Assembly (NCBI RefSeq): GCF_963921235.1
Contig: NC_086108.1
Location: 73,162,001-73,226,000 of the forward strand
Direction: 5' to 3'
DNA length: 64,000 bases
Source: Mobula hypostoma
Taxonomy: Eukaryota
The position numbers and the translations under genes were made by a program. The notes beneath the pieces were generated by a model. The model worked only from the letters and a program-made list of their open reading frames with translations. It had not been told where the DNA came from and did no database searches. Shown here piece after piece: positions 39,250-52,639 of the stretch (positions are counted from its first letter, which is position 1; the number at the start of each line of letters is the position of its first letter).

Positions 39250-41385
39250 TAATGAGGTTCAAGACAACTAAGAGGTGGTTGCAGGAGGCAGAGGAATGGT
39301 TACAGGACTGCCTTTAGTCAATGGACTGGGCCGTGTTCAGTTACTCATCTGAGGACCTGGATGACTGCATCGGGGTTGTGACAGACTTGATTACAGCTGT
39401 ACATGAGTCTGCCCCACTAAATTGTTCAGGGTCTTCCACAATCAGAAGCCTGGATGAACAGTGAAATCTGGAATCTGCTGAGAGTCAGATCAGAGGCATT
39501 GAAGTCTGGAGATCAAGAATGCTGCGAAAAGTGTAGGTTTAATCTCCGGAAAGCTATCTCATGGGTGAAGTGGAGATTCTGGACGAGGCTGGAATCAACG
39601 AAGGATGCTCAACAGCTGTGGCGGGGTTTGAACAAAGTTAAGTCTGGCGGTACCAGAGCTTCAGTTTCAGATGAGCTCAATGCACTCTATGCTCATTTTG
39701 ACTACCAGAATAGGGAGGAACCTTCATGCACCCCCATGTCTCCCGATGAACCTTTGGTCTCAGTATCTGAAGATGACACGCAGGCTGCTTTCAGCAGAGT
39801 GAATCCAAGGAAAGCATTCAGTTTGAACAGAGTACCTGGCCGAGTACTGAAAACCTGTGCTGACCCTCTGGCTGGTATGTTCACAGATATCTTCAACCTC
39901 TCACTGTAGCAGTGTGTGGTACCTACCTGCTTCAAGCAGACTTCATTCATACCGGTGCCCTAGAAGAGTGAGGTAACCTGCGCAATGACTATCGCCCAGT
40001 GGCATTTACATCCACGGCGATGAAGTGTTTTAAAAGGCTGCTGTTGAAGCATATCAGCTCCTGTTTGAGTGGTGACATGGATCAGCTCCAATTTGCCTAC
40101 TAAAGCAACAGATCCACAGCGGATGGCTTTTCACACAACCCTGGAATATCTGGACAGCAAAGGTGCATGCAGCAGGATGTTCTTTATTGATTACAGCTCA
40201 GCATTTAATACCATCATCCCCTCAAAACTAATCAGTAAACTCCAAGATGTGGGTCTCAATACCTCCTTGTGCAATCAGATCCTGGATTTCCTCACTTGTA
40301 GACCCTAGTCAGTTTGGATTTGCAAACGCATTTCCTCTACAATCTCCACCAGCAAAGGAGCACTACAGGGATGTGTGCTTAGCCCCCTGCTCTACTCACT
40401 TTACACCTGTGACTATGTGGCTGAGTACAGCTCCAACACCATATACAAGTTTGCTGATGACACCACTGTTGTGGGCTGTGTCAAAGGTGATGATGAATCA
40501 GCATACAGGAGAGGGACTGAAAATTTGGCTGAGTGGTGTAACAACAACAACCTCTCACTCAATGTCAATAAGACCAAGGAACTGACTGTAGACTTTCAGG
40601 AGAGGGAAACCAGAGGTTCAGGAACCAGTAATCATCAGAGGATCAGAGGTGGAGAGGGTCAGTAAATTTAAATTCCTGGGTTTCACCATCTCAGAAGACC
40701 TGTCCAAGACCCATCATATAATATTATTGTGAAAAAGCATGTCAGCACCTCTACTTCCTCAGGACTCTGCGGAGATTCAGCAGCTCATCAAAAATCTTGG
40801 CTAACTTCCACAGATGTGTTCTGGAAAGTGTGCTGACTGCCTGCAGTACACTCTGGTATGGTATACTCTGGTATGGGAATGCCAAAGCCTTTGAGCAGAA
40901 AATCCTACAAAAGGTAGTGGATTTGGCCTGGTATATCATGGGTAAAACCCTCCCAACCATTGAACATATCTACATGAAATGTTGCTGTAGAAAAAGAACA
41001 TCCATCATCAAAGACCTTCACTACCAGGCCATGCTCTTTTCTCACTGCTGCATTCAGGTAGAAGGTACGTGTGCCTTAGAGCTCACACTACCAAGTTCAA
41101 GAACAGTTGCTACCCCTCAACCATCAGGCAAAAAGGGATAACAACATGCATTCTATTTCTGGTGTTCCCACAATTGATGGTCTCACTTTAAGGACTCTTT
41201 ATCTAGTTATTTCATGCCTGGTATTTATTGCTGTTCATTTATATTAGCATTTGTGCAGTTTGTCGTCTATTAATCCTGTTTACAGTTACTTTTCTAAAGA
41301 TCTGCTAAGTGAGCCCTCAGAAAAAGAATCTCAGGGGTTTATGTGGTGGCATGTAAGACAATAAATTTTATTTGAACTTTGAACA
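39250..41385 (+). mobile_element. Degenerate Rex1/Babar LINE
   Basis: ORFs 39454..39909, 40069..40308 (DYSSAFNT), 40375..40665 (KFADD), 40797..41141. (GAACTTT)n tail. Confidence 0.88.
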
Positions 41386-41399
41386 TTTTGTTGTGCAGA

Positions 41400-41965
41400 G
41401 ACATTTGGAATGCTTGTGCTAGGATCTCAAAAGGTAGATTTGCAGGTGCAACAGGTTATGAAGAAGACAAACAGAATATTGGTGTTCATTACCAGAGGAT
41501 TGAATTCAAGAGCAGCTAAGTTATGATGCAACTGTACAGGCTAGTGGTAAAGGTACTAAAGTACTACTTGCATTTCTGGTCTCCTTACTTAAGAAAAGGT
41601 ATGCTGGCTTTAAATGTGGTGTAGAGGAGGTTCACCAGGTTGATCACAGAGATGAGAGCATGGACCTATGTGGAGAGACTGAGTTGTTTGAGACTTTCTG
41701 TCAGAAGAACAAGAGGAGATCTTAAAGAAATATACAAAAATTATGAAATGAATAGATAGGGACAGGGAAGTTGTTTCCACTGGTAGGTGAAACAAAACTT
41801 GGATATATAGTTTCAGAATTTTGGAAAGTAGATTGAGAACAGAGATGAAGAGAGACTGCTTTTTCCAGAGTAGTGAATCTGCGGAATTCTCTGCAAGGGG
41901 AGTAGTAAATGCTACCTCAATAGATATATTTAAGACACAATTAGATAAATTCTTCCATAGTAGAA
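41400..41965 (+). mobile_element. Old CR1 3' fragment
   Basis: Decayed RGxEFKS and RRFTRLI-type motifs. Confidence 0.6.
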
Positions 41966-42469
41966 GAAAAAGAGTGTGATACTATCACATTTGCTGACCA
42001 CAAAGTTCTAAATTCAAACATTGACGTTTAATGAACAAAGTTCATTTATTTACAGTGATTCACGTTTAAATCCAAACACTCTTCAAACGCAATTTATAAC
42101 TCACAGAGAATGTCTATTTCAAACATTTCCCATTTACAAACCATTTCTAAAACATGAACCATTTCCAAAACACAGAACTTTCCTAAACATAAAGCACAAA
42201 GCATTTCTTAAACATAAAGGATAAAGGGCAAAAGATTTCCAAAACACAAGTACAATCCCTATAAACTAAAAAGATATACCAACAAGCTGCAGATGAACAA
42301 GTCCTCGTTGCAGAAACCAAAGCAGGAGGGATGGATTTTTGTTCAAGCTGTGTTTCTGTCATGTTTCTTGATGTTCCTTAACCCATTCCTACTAAGCCTG
42401 AACTGCTCTCTACATTTATACCATTTTTTTCCACTCGGGTGACTTCGCAAACATGTGATATTTCCTCAG

Positions 42470-42755
42470 CCCATCCTCTGGGTCACCCCCCCCCCGTCTT
42501 TCTTCCCGGACCTCCTGTCCCATGATCCTCTCGTATCCCCTTTTGCCTATCACCTGTCCAGCTCTCGGCTCTATCCCTCCCCCTCCAGCTTTCAAATCCC
42601 TTACTCACTCTTCCTTCAGTTAGTCCTGACGAAGGGTCTCGGCCTGAAACGTCAACTGCTCCTCTTCCTATAGATGCTGCTTGGCCTGCTGCGTTCACCA
42701 GCAACTTTGATGTGTGTTGCTTGAATTTCCAGCATCTGCAGAATTCCTGTTGTTT
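42470..42755 (+). mobile_element. Penelope terminal fragment
   Basis: 12-bp TSD ATATTTCCTCAG at 42458-42469 and 42756-42767. Near-identical to the terminus at 55623-55910. Confidence 0.88.
42622..42657 (+). ncRNA. Minimal hammerhead ribozyme (one stem I mismatch)
   Basis: AGTC-CTGACGA-AGGgtctcggCCT-GAAAC-GTC-AACT. Confidence 0.65.
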
Positions 42756-42778
42756 ATATTTCCTCAGATATCCTTTAA

Positions 42779-44560
42779 GTAGTCATAGTCATAGTCATAC
42801 TTTATTGATCCCGGGGGAAATTGGTTTTCGTTACAGTTGCACCATAAATAATTAAATAGTAATAAAGCCATAAATAGTTAAATAGTAATATGTAAAATTA
42901 TGCCAGGAAATAAGTCCAGGACCAGCCTATTGGCTCAGGGTGTCTGACCCTCCAAGGGAGGAGATGTAAAGTTTGATGGCCACAGGCAGGAATGACTTCC
43001 TATGACGCTCTGTGTTGCATCTCAGTGGAATGAGTCTCTGGCTGAATGTACTCCTGTGCCCAACCAGTACATAATGTAGTGGATGGGAGACATTGTCCAA
43101 GATGGCATGCAACTTGGACAGCATCCTCTTTTCAGACACCACCGTCAGAGAGTCCAGTTCCATCCCCATAACATCACTGGCCTTACGAATAAGTTTGTTG
43201 ATTCTGTTGGTGTCTGCTACCCTCAGCCTGCTGCCCCAGCACACAACAGCAAACATGATAGCACTGGCCACCACAGACTCGTAGAACATCCTCAGCATCG
43301 TCCGGCAGATGTTAAAGGACCTCAGTCTCCTCAGGAAATAGAGACGGCTCTGACCCTTCTTGTAGACAGCCTCAGTGTTCTTTGACCAATCCAGTTTATT
43401 GTCAATTCGTATCCCCAGGTATGTGTAATCCTCCACCATGTCCACCCTGACCCCCTGGATGGAAACAGTCGTCACTGGTACCTTAGCCCTCCTCAGGTCT
43501 ACCACCAGCTCCTTAGCCTTTTTCACATTAAGCTGTAGATAATTCTGCTCACACCATGTGACAAAGTTTCCTACAGTAGCCCTGTACTCAGCCTCGTCTC
43601 CCTTGCTGATGCATCCAACTAATGCAGAGTCATCCGAAAACTTCTGAAGATGACAAGACTCTGTGCAGTAGTTGAAGTCCGAGGTGTAAATGGTGAAGAG
43701 AAAGGGAGACAAGACAGTCCCCTGTGGAGCCCCAGTGCTGCTGATCACTCTGTCGGACACATAGTGTTGCAATCACACGTACTGTGGTCTGCCAGTCAGG
43801 TAATCAAGAATCCATGATACCAGGAAAGCATCCACCTGCATCGCTGTCTGCTTCTTCCTCAGCAGAGCAGGGCGGATGGTGTTGAACGCACTGGAGAAGT
43901 CAAAAAACATGACCCTCACAGTGCTCGCTGGCTTGTCCAGGTGGGCGTAGACAAGGTTCAGCAGGTAGACGATGGCATCCTCAACTCCTAGTTGGGGCTG
44001 GTAGGCGAACTGGAGGGGATTTAAGTGTGGCCTGACCATAGGCCGGAGCAGCTCCAGAACAAGTCTCTCCAGGGTCTTCATGATGTGGGAGGTCAATGCC
44101 ACCGGTCTGTACTCGTTGAGGCCGCTGGGGTGCAGCGTCTTCAGCACAGGGACGAGGCAGGACGTCTTTCACAGTACAGGAACCCTCCGGAGCCTCAGGA
44201 TCAGGTTGAATACATGGCGAAGTACTCCACATAGCTGAGGGGAACAGGCTTTGAGCACCCTGGTACTGACACCATCCGGTCCTGCAGCCTTGCTTGGGTT
44301 GAGACGTTTCAGCTGTCTTCTCACCTGTTCAGCTGTGAAGCCCACCATGGTAGTTTCGTGTGGGGAAGGGGTATAGTCATGAGAGCAGGGTGGGGGACTG
44401 TGAGGAGGGGTAGGAGGGGAGAGTGGAATATGTGTTGGTTGGGGGCCGACAACAGATGACTCATGTGGGGGATGGACATGGGCCACAATGTCAAATCTGT
44501 TAAAGAACAGGTTAAGTTCGTTGGCCCTGTCCACACTGCCTTCAGCTCCTCTGTTGCTTC
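42779..44560 (-). mobile_element. Rex1/Babar LINE, 5'-truncated
   Basis: ORFs 44169..44534, 43773..44147 (DFSSAFNT), 42927..43772 (GAPQGTVLSP, KFSDD). (CTATGA)n tail at 42779-42800. Confidence 0.92.
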
Positions 44561-45089
44561 TCTAACACGAACAGTCTAAAAGCATCTTTTTGAAACATAG
44601 ACATGTGCTTAATGTTCACAGTTCATAATTATTACTATAAAGCTAACTTCTTTGAGCACCTAAACCTCTCAACTATAAACACATCAGTTATTGATATGCT
44701 AAATGATATTATCATCTATTCAGCAATGTAAGAGTCAGCTGGTCTGTTTGAAAAAATCTATTGTCTTATACTCTAGTCGAGCAAGAAGTTAGGATGCTGT
44801 GAGCTGGCGTCTGCTTCCACACAGACATAGTATCTGCAAAATACACAGCTTGTTTTCAAAGCTGTTCTATAGAGAGTATTTTTTAACTTCAAGCTGATTA
44901 CTGGTTTTCATTTATATTTTAAGAACTAAAGACCGACTTCCTTTTATGACCAGAAACTAACAAACTGTCAGTTGGAAGTTTATCTACAACTATTTTTGAT
45001 CTTACAAATAGCAGCTGCTGTTACTTAGAAAGCAAGTTTAAGCCAGGAACTGTATACCTATGACACCTCCTTCTTGCTCTGAAGATTTC

Positions 45090-48000
45090 AATCCTTGCGT
45101 CCATGCATTGATTACCAGGGACTGAAAGAAGTCACTGTTAAGAACTGTTACCCTCTTCCACTCATGACCTACTACAATGAACCTCAGTTTTCAACAAGCT
45201 TGATCTCTGTAATGCCTATCATCTGGTCTGCATCTGCGAAGGGGTTGAGTGGAAGACGGCCTTCAACACCGCCTCAGGCCATTATGGGTATCTGGTCATT
45301 CCACTCAGTCTCACCAATTTCCCTGCTGTCTTCCGAGCCCAGGTAAGTAATGTGCTCAGGGAAATTCTGAACCAATTTGATTTTGTGTATCTCGACGACA
45401 TTTTAATTTTTTTCCAAGTCCCTTGCTGAACACACAGGTCACATTCACAAAATTCTCCAGCGCCTTCTGGAGAACCAGCTCTTTGTGAAGGCTGAGAAAT
45501 ATGAGTTTCATCACAATACCGTCTCCTTCCTGGGGTACGTAATCTCAGGCAGTTCCATTCAGATGGATCAATAGAAAGTCAGCTCAGTGGTCAAATGGCC
45601 CCAACCCTCGACTCGTTGGGAGTTGCAACACTTCTTGGGCTTTGCTAACTTCTATTGCCGCTTCATCAGAAATTACAGTACACTGGCTGCAACACTCATT
45701 GCTCTTACCTCATCGACTGTCAGATTATCCTGGTCCCCTGCTGCTGAAAAAGCGTTCTCTGACCTGAAGGAACGTTTCACCTCTGCCCCCATTCTGATTC
45801 AACCTGACACCAACCGACAGTTCATTGTGGAAGTAGATGCATCTGACACTGGTGTAGGAGCTGTTCTCTCTCAATGCTCAGCCAAGTATGAGAAGGTACA
45901 CCCCTGCAACACATTCTTCTCTGAAGGAGCGGAGGCATTGGCTGGAGGGCGCAAAGGTGCCATTCTTAGTCTGGACTGATCACTTGAACCTGGAATATAT
46001 CCGTATGGCCAAGCGTCTCAACTCCCATCAAGCTCGTTGGTCCCTGTTTTCCTCAAGATTCAACTTTACTCTGTCCTTCCGCCCCGGTTCCAAGAATGGA
46101 AAACCTGGTGCTCTCTCCCGTAGATTTCCTTCCTCTGAGACCCCTGAGGTACCCGACATCATCCTCCTTGCTCACTGTCTTGTGAGTGCGGCGCAATGGG
46201 ATATTGAATCCATTGTGCAAGCTGCTCAACAAAGTGAGGAAGCCCCTAGTCCAGTGGTCTCCTACCACCAGGCTGCAGACCAGTACTGGATCACGAGGAA
46301 AAGATATGATTTGGTGATATGAACTGACATGAGTCAGCTGCACCTTTTCTCGTTCCCTGTCCCGTCCACTGTTGAACTTGAATGCACACGAGGTCTGCAA
46401 GAATATTGTCAATATTAAACCGGTCCACAGTGCGCAAAAGGTTGGGGACCCCTGCCCTAGTCAATGCCCCACTAACCATATTTATGTTCCCAGCTCTGTC
46501 CACTCACAGGTATTGCAGTGGGGTCATTCTTCCCGGTTATCCTGTCATCCTGGAACCAGGCGTACTCAGACCCTCATCAGTCGGTGGTTCTGGTGGCCCT
46601 CCATGGGAGATGACATCCGCAACTTTGTCTCAGCCTGCTCAGTTTGCGCTCAAGGCGAGAACTCTAACAAGTCACCTGATGGTCTGTTACAAGCCAGGTC
46701 TACCCTCAAGAGACCCTGGTCCCACATTGACCTGGACTTTGTCACTGGTCTTCCCCCATCAGATAGTAACACCACCATCCTCACAGTAGTTGATCGTTTC
46801 TCCAAGTCTGTACACTTCATTCCTTTACCTAAACTTCCCTTGGCCAAAGAAACAGCCAAATTACTAATACTGCATGTTTTTAAGTTACATGGTTTACCTG
46901 TAGATGTTGTGTCAGACAGGGGCTCTCAATTCACATCCAACTTCTGGAGGGCATTCTGTAATCTTCTTGGTGCCTCAGTGAGTCTGTCTTCAGGATTCCA
47001 CCCACAGACCGATGGCCAGACCGAGCGGGCCAACTGACTGCTAGAGACAGTATTGCGGTGTCTAGTCTCCCAGAACCCCTCCGCGTGGAGTCAGCAGCTA
47101 CTCTGGCCCAAGTACTCCATAAACTCTCATCTGTCCTCATCCACTGGTCTGTCCCCCTTCGAGTGCTGCCTTGGCTACCAGCCTCCACTGTTTCCTGCCC
47201 AGGAGGAGGAGGTTGGCGTTCCACCTGCCGAGGCATTCATCCGCCGTTGTCAGCAGATGTGGAGGTGCACTCGCTCCGCCCTTCTTCATGCCCCTGCAAG
47301 GATCAAGAGTCAAGCTGACCACCATAGCTCCAAGGCCTCACGTTACCATCAGGGACAGCGTGTGTGGCTTTCAACCCGAGACCTGCCCCTCAAGGTGGAT
47401 TCCCACAAGCTCGCCCATCACTTCATTGGCCCCTTTCCCATTGCTAAAGTCATCAGCCCTGCTGCCGTCCGTCTCAAGCTCCCCTCCACTCTCTGGCACA
47501 TTCATCCCACTTTCCATGTATCCCGCAAGAAGCCCTTCATGAGCCACCCACTGTGTCCTGTCCTCAAACCACCCCCCGGCTCATCGATGGGTCAGAGGCC
47601 TTCACAGTGCGTTGACTGCTGGATGTTCGTTGCCGTGGCCTCCAGTACCTCATGGACTGGGAGGGCTATGGTCCTGAGGAGAGGTGCTGAGTCCCCACCT
47701 GTAACATGCTGGACCCCTCTCTCCTCAGGGACTTTCATCACCAGCACCCAGCTCTACCTGTCGTGACAGCAGGACGCGTCGTTGGGTGGGGGGTTCAACT
47801 GTCTTTTTGTGTGTTTTCCCCCTAGCTGTCAGTCTGTGGTTTTGTACTGCCATGTGCTCCTGTCCCTGCTCCTGCTCTACTCCGGCCCCTGTATTACTGA
47901 GTACTCCGTCTCTCACCTGTTTCTCATTATTACCTGTATTGCTGCCACCTGTGTCTCATTGTGCTCCACCTATCATCTGCTTCTCTGTTTATTGCTCAGT

Positions 48001-48266
48001 GTATTTCAGTCCTGTGGTTTCACCTGTTTGTTGTCAGGTTGTGCTGGTGAATTTTCCTGAGCCTTTCCAGCATTTGTCTCTGTACTCTGTCCTTCTGAAT
48101 ATTGACTCTGCCTGTTTCCCAGTTCTGGTTTTTGGACTTCTCTGGATGTTTTGATTTCTGTCTGAACTTTGACACTGACTTTGCACCTTGGGATTTGTTA
48201 CTCAATTAATATCACTGTGTGTGCAGTACTGGGTCTGTGATTGGATCTCCGCCCAGTGCCCTGACC
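45090..48266 (+). mobile_element. Chromodomain-bearing Gypsy (Sushi-like) retrotransposon 3' half with 3' LTR
   Basis: RPCIDY; YLDD at about 45388; [13 protein letters not shown]; integrase HPG..WWP..CSVC, DFVTGLP, SDRG, QTERAN; GPF module; chromodomain LQYLMDWEGYGPEER; G-rich PPT at about 47784-47793; LTR about 47800-48266. Confidence 0.92.
46252..46454. mobile_element. hAT (Charlie-like) MITE inserted in Gypsy pol
   Basis: TIRs CAGTGGTCTCC / GGGGACCCCTG and 8-bp TSD CCCTAGTC at 46244-46251 and 46455-46462. Confidence 0.9.
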
Positions 48267-48269
48267 TGT

Positions 48270-50520
48270 AATCTGTTGTCCATATCCTAGCTTCTGTTGG
48301 AAGGTCTGTATATAACTGCCATTAGGGTCTTTTTACCCTTGCAGTTTCTTAACTGAACCTGCAAGAATTTAACATCTTCCAATCCTTTGTCACATCTTTT
48401 TACTGATTTGATGCCATTCTTTATCTTCCCCTGCCTACCTTGCAATCCCTCCGATACAATGTATAACCTTGGACATTCAGCTCCCAACTGCAACCATCCT
48501 TCAACCACAATTCAGTGATGGCCACAACATCTTACCTGATAATCTCTAATAGTGCAACAAGATCACACACTTTATTTCTTGTATTGATATATAACACTTT
48601 GAGTACTGTATTTGCTACCCTTTTTGATTCTGATTCCCTAATGCACTGATACTCACCCTGCTAGCTGAAATTTTGCCTTATCCGCCTGCCCTTCCTGACA
48701 ATATGGCTGCACACTATCTCCGCTTTTTTTTTACCATTCATCCTATCCTGAGTTCCCAGCCTCCTGCCAAATTAGTTTAAACCCTCCCCAGAATCTCAAA
48801 CAAACGTGACCACGAGAATATTTGTCCCTCTCGGGTTCAGGTGCAACCTGTCATTTTTGTACAGGTCATACATTCCATGAAGAGATCTCAATGATCCAAG
48901 AGCCTGAAGTCCTGCGTCCTGCTCCCTGCACCAGCTTCTCAGCCACACATTTATCTGCCAAATCTCTGGTGTGTGGCACAAGCAGTAATCCAGAAATTAC
49001 TACCCTGGAATTGCTTCTCAATTTTCTACCTAGCCCTCTAAATTCTCTCTCTTTAGGACCATTTTGCTTTTCCTTCCTATGTCATTGGTTTCAATATATA
49101 CCAAGACATCTGACTGCTCTCCCTCCCCTTCCAAAATGGGTGTAGATACAATCCGAGACATTCCTGATCCTGGCACCTAGGAGGCCACATACCATTTGGG
49201 TGTCCTGTTCATGTCCACAGAATCTCCTGTCTGCTCCCTTGACTATTGAGTCTCCTAACACTACCACTTCCCACTCCTTGCTCTTTCCCTTCTGCACCAT
49301 GGACCCATGCTCAGTGCCTGGTTTCCTCAAGGGAAGATCTTGTCTGACAAATCTGATGGAAATCTTTGAAGAAATAACAAGCAGGATAGACAAAGGAGAA
49401 TCGGTTGATGTTGTGCACTTGGATTTTCAGAAGGCCTTTGACAAGGTGCCACACATGAGGCTGCTTAACAAGTTATGAGCTCATAGTATTACAGAAAAGA
49501 TTCTAGCATAGATGAAGCAGTGATTGATTGGCAGGAGGCAAAGAGTGGGAAGAAAAGGAGCCTTTTCTGGCTGTCTGCCAGTGACTAGTGGTGTTCTACA
49601 GCAGTCTGTGTTGGGACTGATTCTTTTTATGTTATAATTCAATGATCTGGATGATGGAATTGATGGCTTTGTTACAAAGTTTGCAGACAGTATGAAGATA
49701 GGTGGAGGGCAGGTAGTTTTGAGGAATTTGAGAGGCTACAGAAAGATTTAGATAGATTAGGAGAATGGGCAAGAACTGGCAGATGGAATATAGTGTTGGG
49801 AAGTGTATGGTCATGCACATTGGTAAAAGAAATGAAAGGGTTGACTATTTTCTAAATGGAGAGAAAATACAAAAAATGGAGATGCAAAGGGACTTTGGAG
49901 TCCTTGTGCAGGATTCTCTAAAGGTTAATTAGCAGGGTAAGTCTGTGGTGAAGAAGGCAAATGCAATGTTAGAATTAATTTCAAGAAGACTAGAAAGTAA
50001 AAGCAAGGACATAATGTTGAGATTTTATAAAGCACTGACAAGGCCTCACTTGGAGTATTGTGAGCAGGTTTGGGTCCGCTATCTTAGAAAGGATGTGCTG
50101 AAACTGGAGAGAGTTCAAAGGAGGTTCACAAAAATGATTCCAGGATTGAATAGCTTGTCATATGAAAAGCATTTCATGGCTCTGGGTCTGTATTCCCTGG
50201 AATTCAGAAGAAAGAGGGTTGACCTAATTGAAAGCTATTGACTGTTGAAAGGTCTTAATCGAGGGGACATGAAAAGGATGTTTCCTATGATGGGAGAGTC
50301 TAAGACCAGAGGACAGCCTCAGAATAGAGGGGTGTCCTTTTAGAATGGAGATGAGGAATTTCTTCAGCCAGAGGTTGATGGATTTTTAAATGGTCAGGGA
50401 TACAGGGAGAAGGCAAGAGATTGGGGCTGAGAAGAAAATTGGATCAACCATGATGAAATGGCAAGCAGATGTGATGGGCAAAATAGCCCAATTCTGCTCC
50501 TATATCTTAAGGTCTTATAA
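48270..50520. mobile_element. CR1 LINE with inverted 5' part (ORF1 to APE on minus, 48270-49316; RT to 3' end on plus, 49317-50520)
   Basis: Minus: VVVLGDSIVKG, DRLHLN, YRP. Plus: GFLKGRSCLTNL, DFQKAFDKVPH, RPHLEYC. Confidence 0.8.
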
Positions 50521-50530
50521 AAACCATATA

Positions 50531-51245
50531 CAGTGGGCTTCAATTAATTAGGACACATTGGGACCAGTATATTTTGGCCCAATAAGCGGCTGTCCCAATT
50601 AGCCGAAGTTACATGGAAATAGTTAAAAAGCCATAAAGAGACGAACTACTCTTTAACTGAGTAACAAGTTATTTATATATTTAAATATAATATATAACAA
50701 ATTAAAACATTACCAACATTATTACAGTACCATAAAACTGTGTGGTAGTTCATAGTTATCGACAGAAGAATTTGTCCAGTATATGCTGCTGTATTCTTTT
50801 GATTGACTATAAACAAAATTGGCACAGGCACCTATTGCATTCAATGTATCCTCCAAATCTTCATTTTCATTGTAACACTCAAGATTATTACTGATATCTT
50901 CACATTCTTTGTACTTCCTTTCATTATCACTCCCAGCCATTTCTGGCAATACAAAGTCTGAATGCTTTAAACTGCAGTGAGCAAACAGTTCTGAATTGCC
51001 CTACAGACTATTTCTCACCAACTATCAGTGACAAAAATCACTGTCGAACAGCCAGAGAAATGCATGTGACTGCCACTAGTTAGAAGCTTTTCAGCAGCAG
51101 TCTCCTATCCCAATTAAGTGGCAAAGCACCCCAAATAAATGAAGGGAACCCTAGCTATCTTCTCAATGAGTTCTTGTTCTTCAAGGTTTATCCAAAATAA
51201 GCAGCTATCTCAATTAACAAATGCCCAATAAACCAGAGTTCATTA
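50531..51245. mobile_element. Tigger/pogo-like non-autonomous DNA transposon
   Basis: Degenerate inverted ends (cagtgggcttcaattaattagg / cccaataaaccagagttcatta), TA-rich flanks, acidic transposase-tail-like ORF 50722..50949. Confidence 0.55.
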
Positions 51246-52639
51246 TATATAAAATGCTAAAAAGTAAATATGCAACATCCAAAGGGGTAAGTGAAAAATA
51301 ATATTTGTCAACTCATCTTTCCATGGGATTGTGTTATTACTCCAGTTATTCATGACAGACACATCCCAATGCCCCTCAAGATGAGGCGAGAAGCATGCAA
51401 ACCCATTTGCTTTGTTTGTGATCAGCGCTAGGAAAAGGAGAGGAACAAGAATAACATGATTAAGGCAGACCCTGCCCTTCAGTCTTCCAAGGTTCAGGAT
51501 GAACCAGAGGAATGGTAAGGAGGTGACTATGAGGAAGCGTGTAGCAAAGTAAACATAAGGGAGGTGACCCATAGTAGTGCAGGACAGGTATGGGAGCTCA
51601 CAAAGTGTTCGGAGTAAAGCCACTATATAAAAAGCAGAAGTCACACTTCCATCCTTGTAGTCTTCAACCCTTCAACAAGAAGAACACTACAAAAACAATA
51701 ATTCCAAAGGCCAGGGGAACTGTCTTTGTCTCTTGGAAAACGGCTGCAAAAAAAATTCAGCCCAATTTAAGGTAGTGCTAATACACCCAGAAACTGTATT
51801 TGTTTCTGTAGAAGCTAAATTTGCAACAGCTGGAAAGGTCTTAGCTATTGTTTCGGCTGGAGTGTTAAGCCAGTAAGGACTTAGTATGAGTCTGCAGAAA
51901 AAAAACTGTGAAAGGAGATGTCTCACTCGTCTGATTGTGGCGTTTGAGTTACTCTTCTAATGTAGAGAGAAGTATTCTCTTAATCTGACATTGTTGACAA
52001 ATTTCAAGTCTTTCTATAACATTCTTCATTGCATCCAAAAGCTGGACCTGTGTTTTGCCTTGAGATATGAGTAAATAATCAAATCACTGCAAGAGTCTCT
52101 TCTCTATAAAAAAAAAGTGGGTGATCCTCTGATAGCAGTATGTCTGAACAACTTTAGTCATCAGAACTTTCTACTTTCTGAGTGAACCGAAGGATCACAT
52201 CAGTGGTATTATGCCATTAAGCACTGTCAAGGCATGGCCGTACAGGCAGTTTTACTCTAATTTTTTTTTCAAAAAATCATTAAAAGTGTTAAGGCAAATC
52301 GTTGCTGACTACAACGGACGAAATTTGATGGTGCAGTCACGTGGTCTGTAAACTAGTAATGTACTGGCTTCCCTTTTACTGAAGGTGATGGCTAAGTCAT
52401 GGGACTTGGTGAGTTTGGTGACTTCACCCCATAAATTAATCTCCACAAATTTATCTCCAAGTGGAGAGCCAGGGGTAACCCAAAATGAGAGGAGTCGACC
52501 GGGAGGAATTGAATAGACTCGTGGTGCCATCCGATGCTCACGTGCACAGGCTGTGTGGACATTCTGACCAGCCCAGACCCCAAGCAACATCCATCGATGG
52601 CTGCGAGGCCACTGGGAGGAGCCTGCATGAGCCGGCCTG

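Noticed and set aside
47800..48266. This LTR, or the solo LTR at 14022-14623, as the foamy provirus LTR
   Set aside because: The first follows the Gypsy PPT on the opposite strand; the second is distant and has its own TSD.
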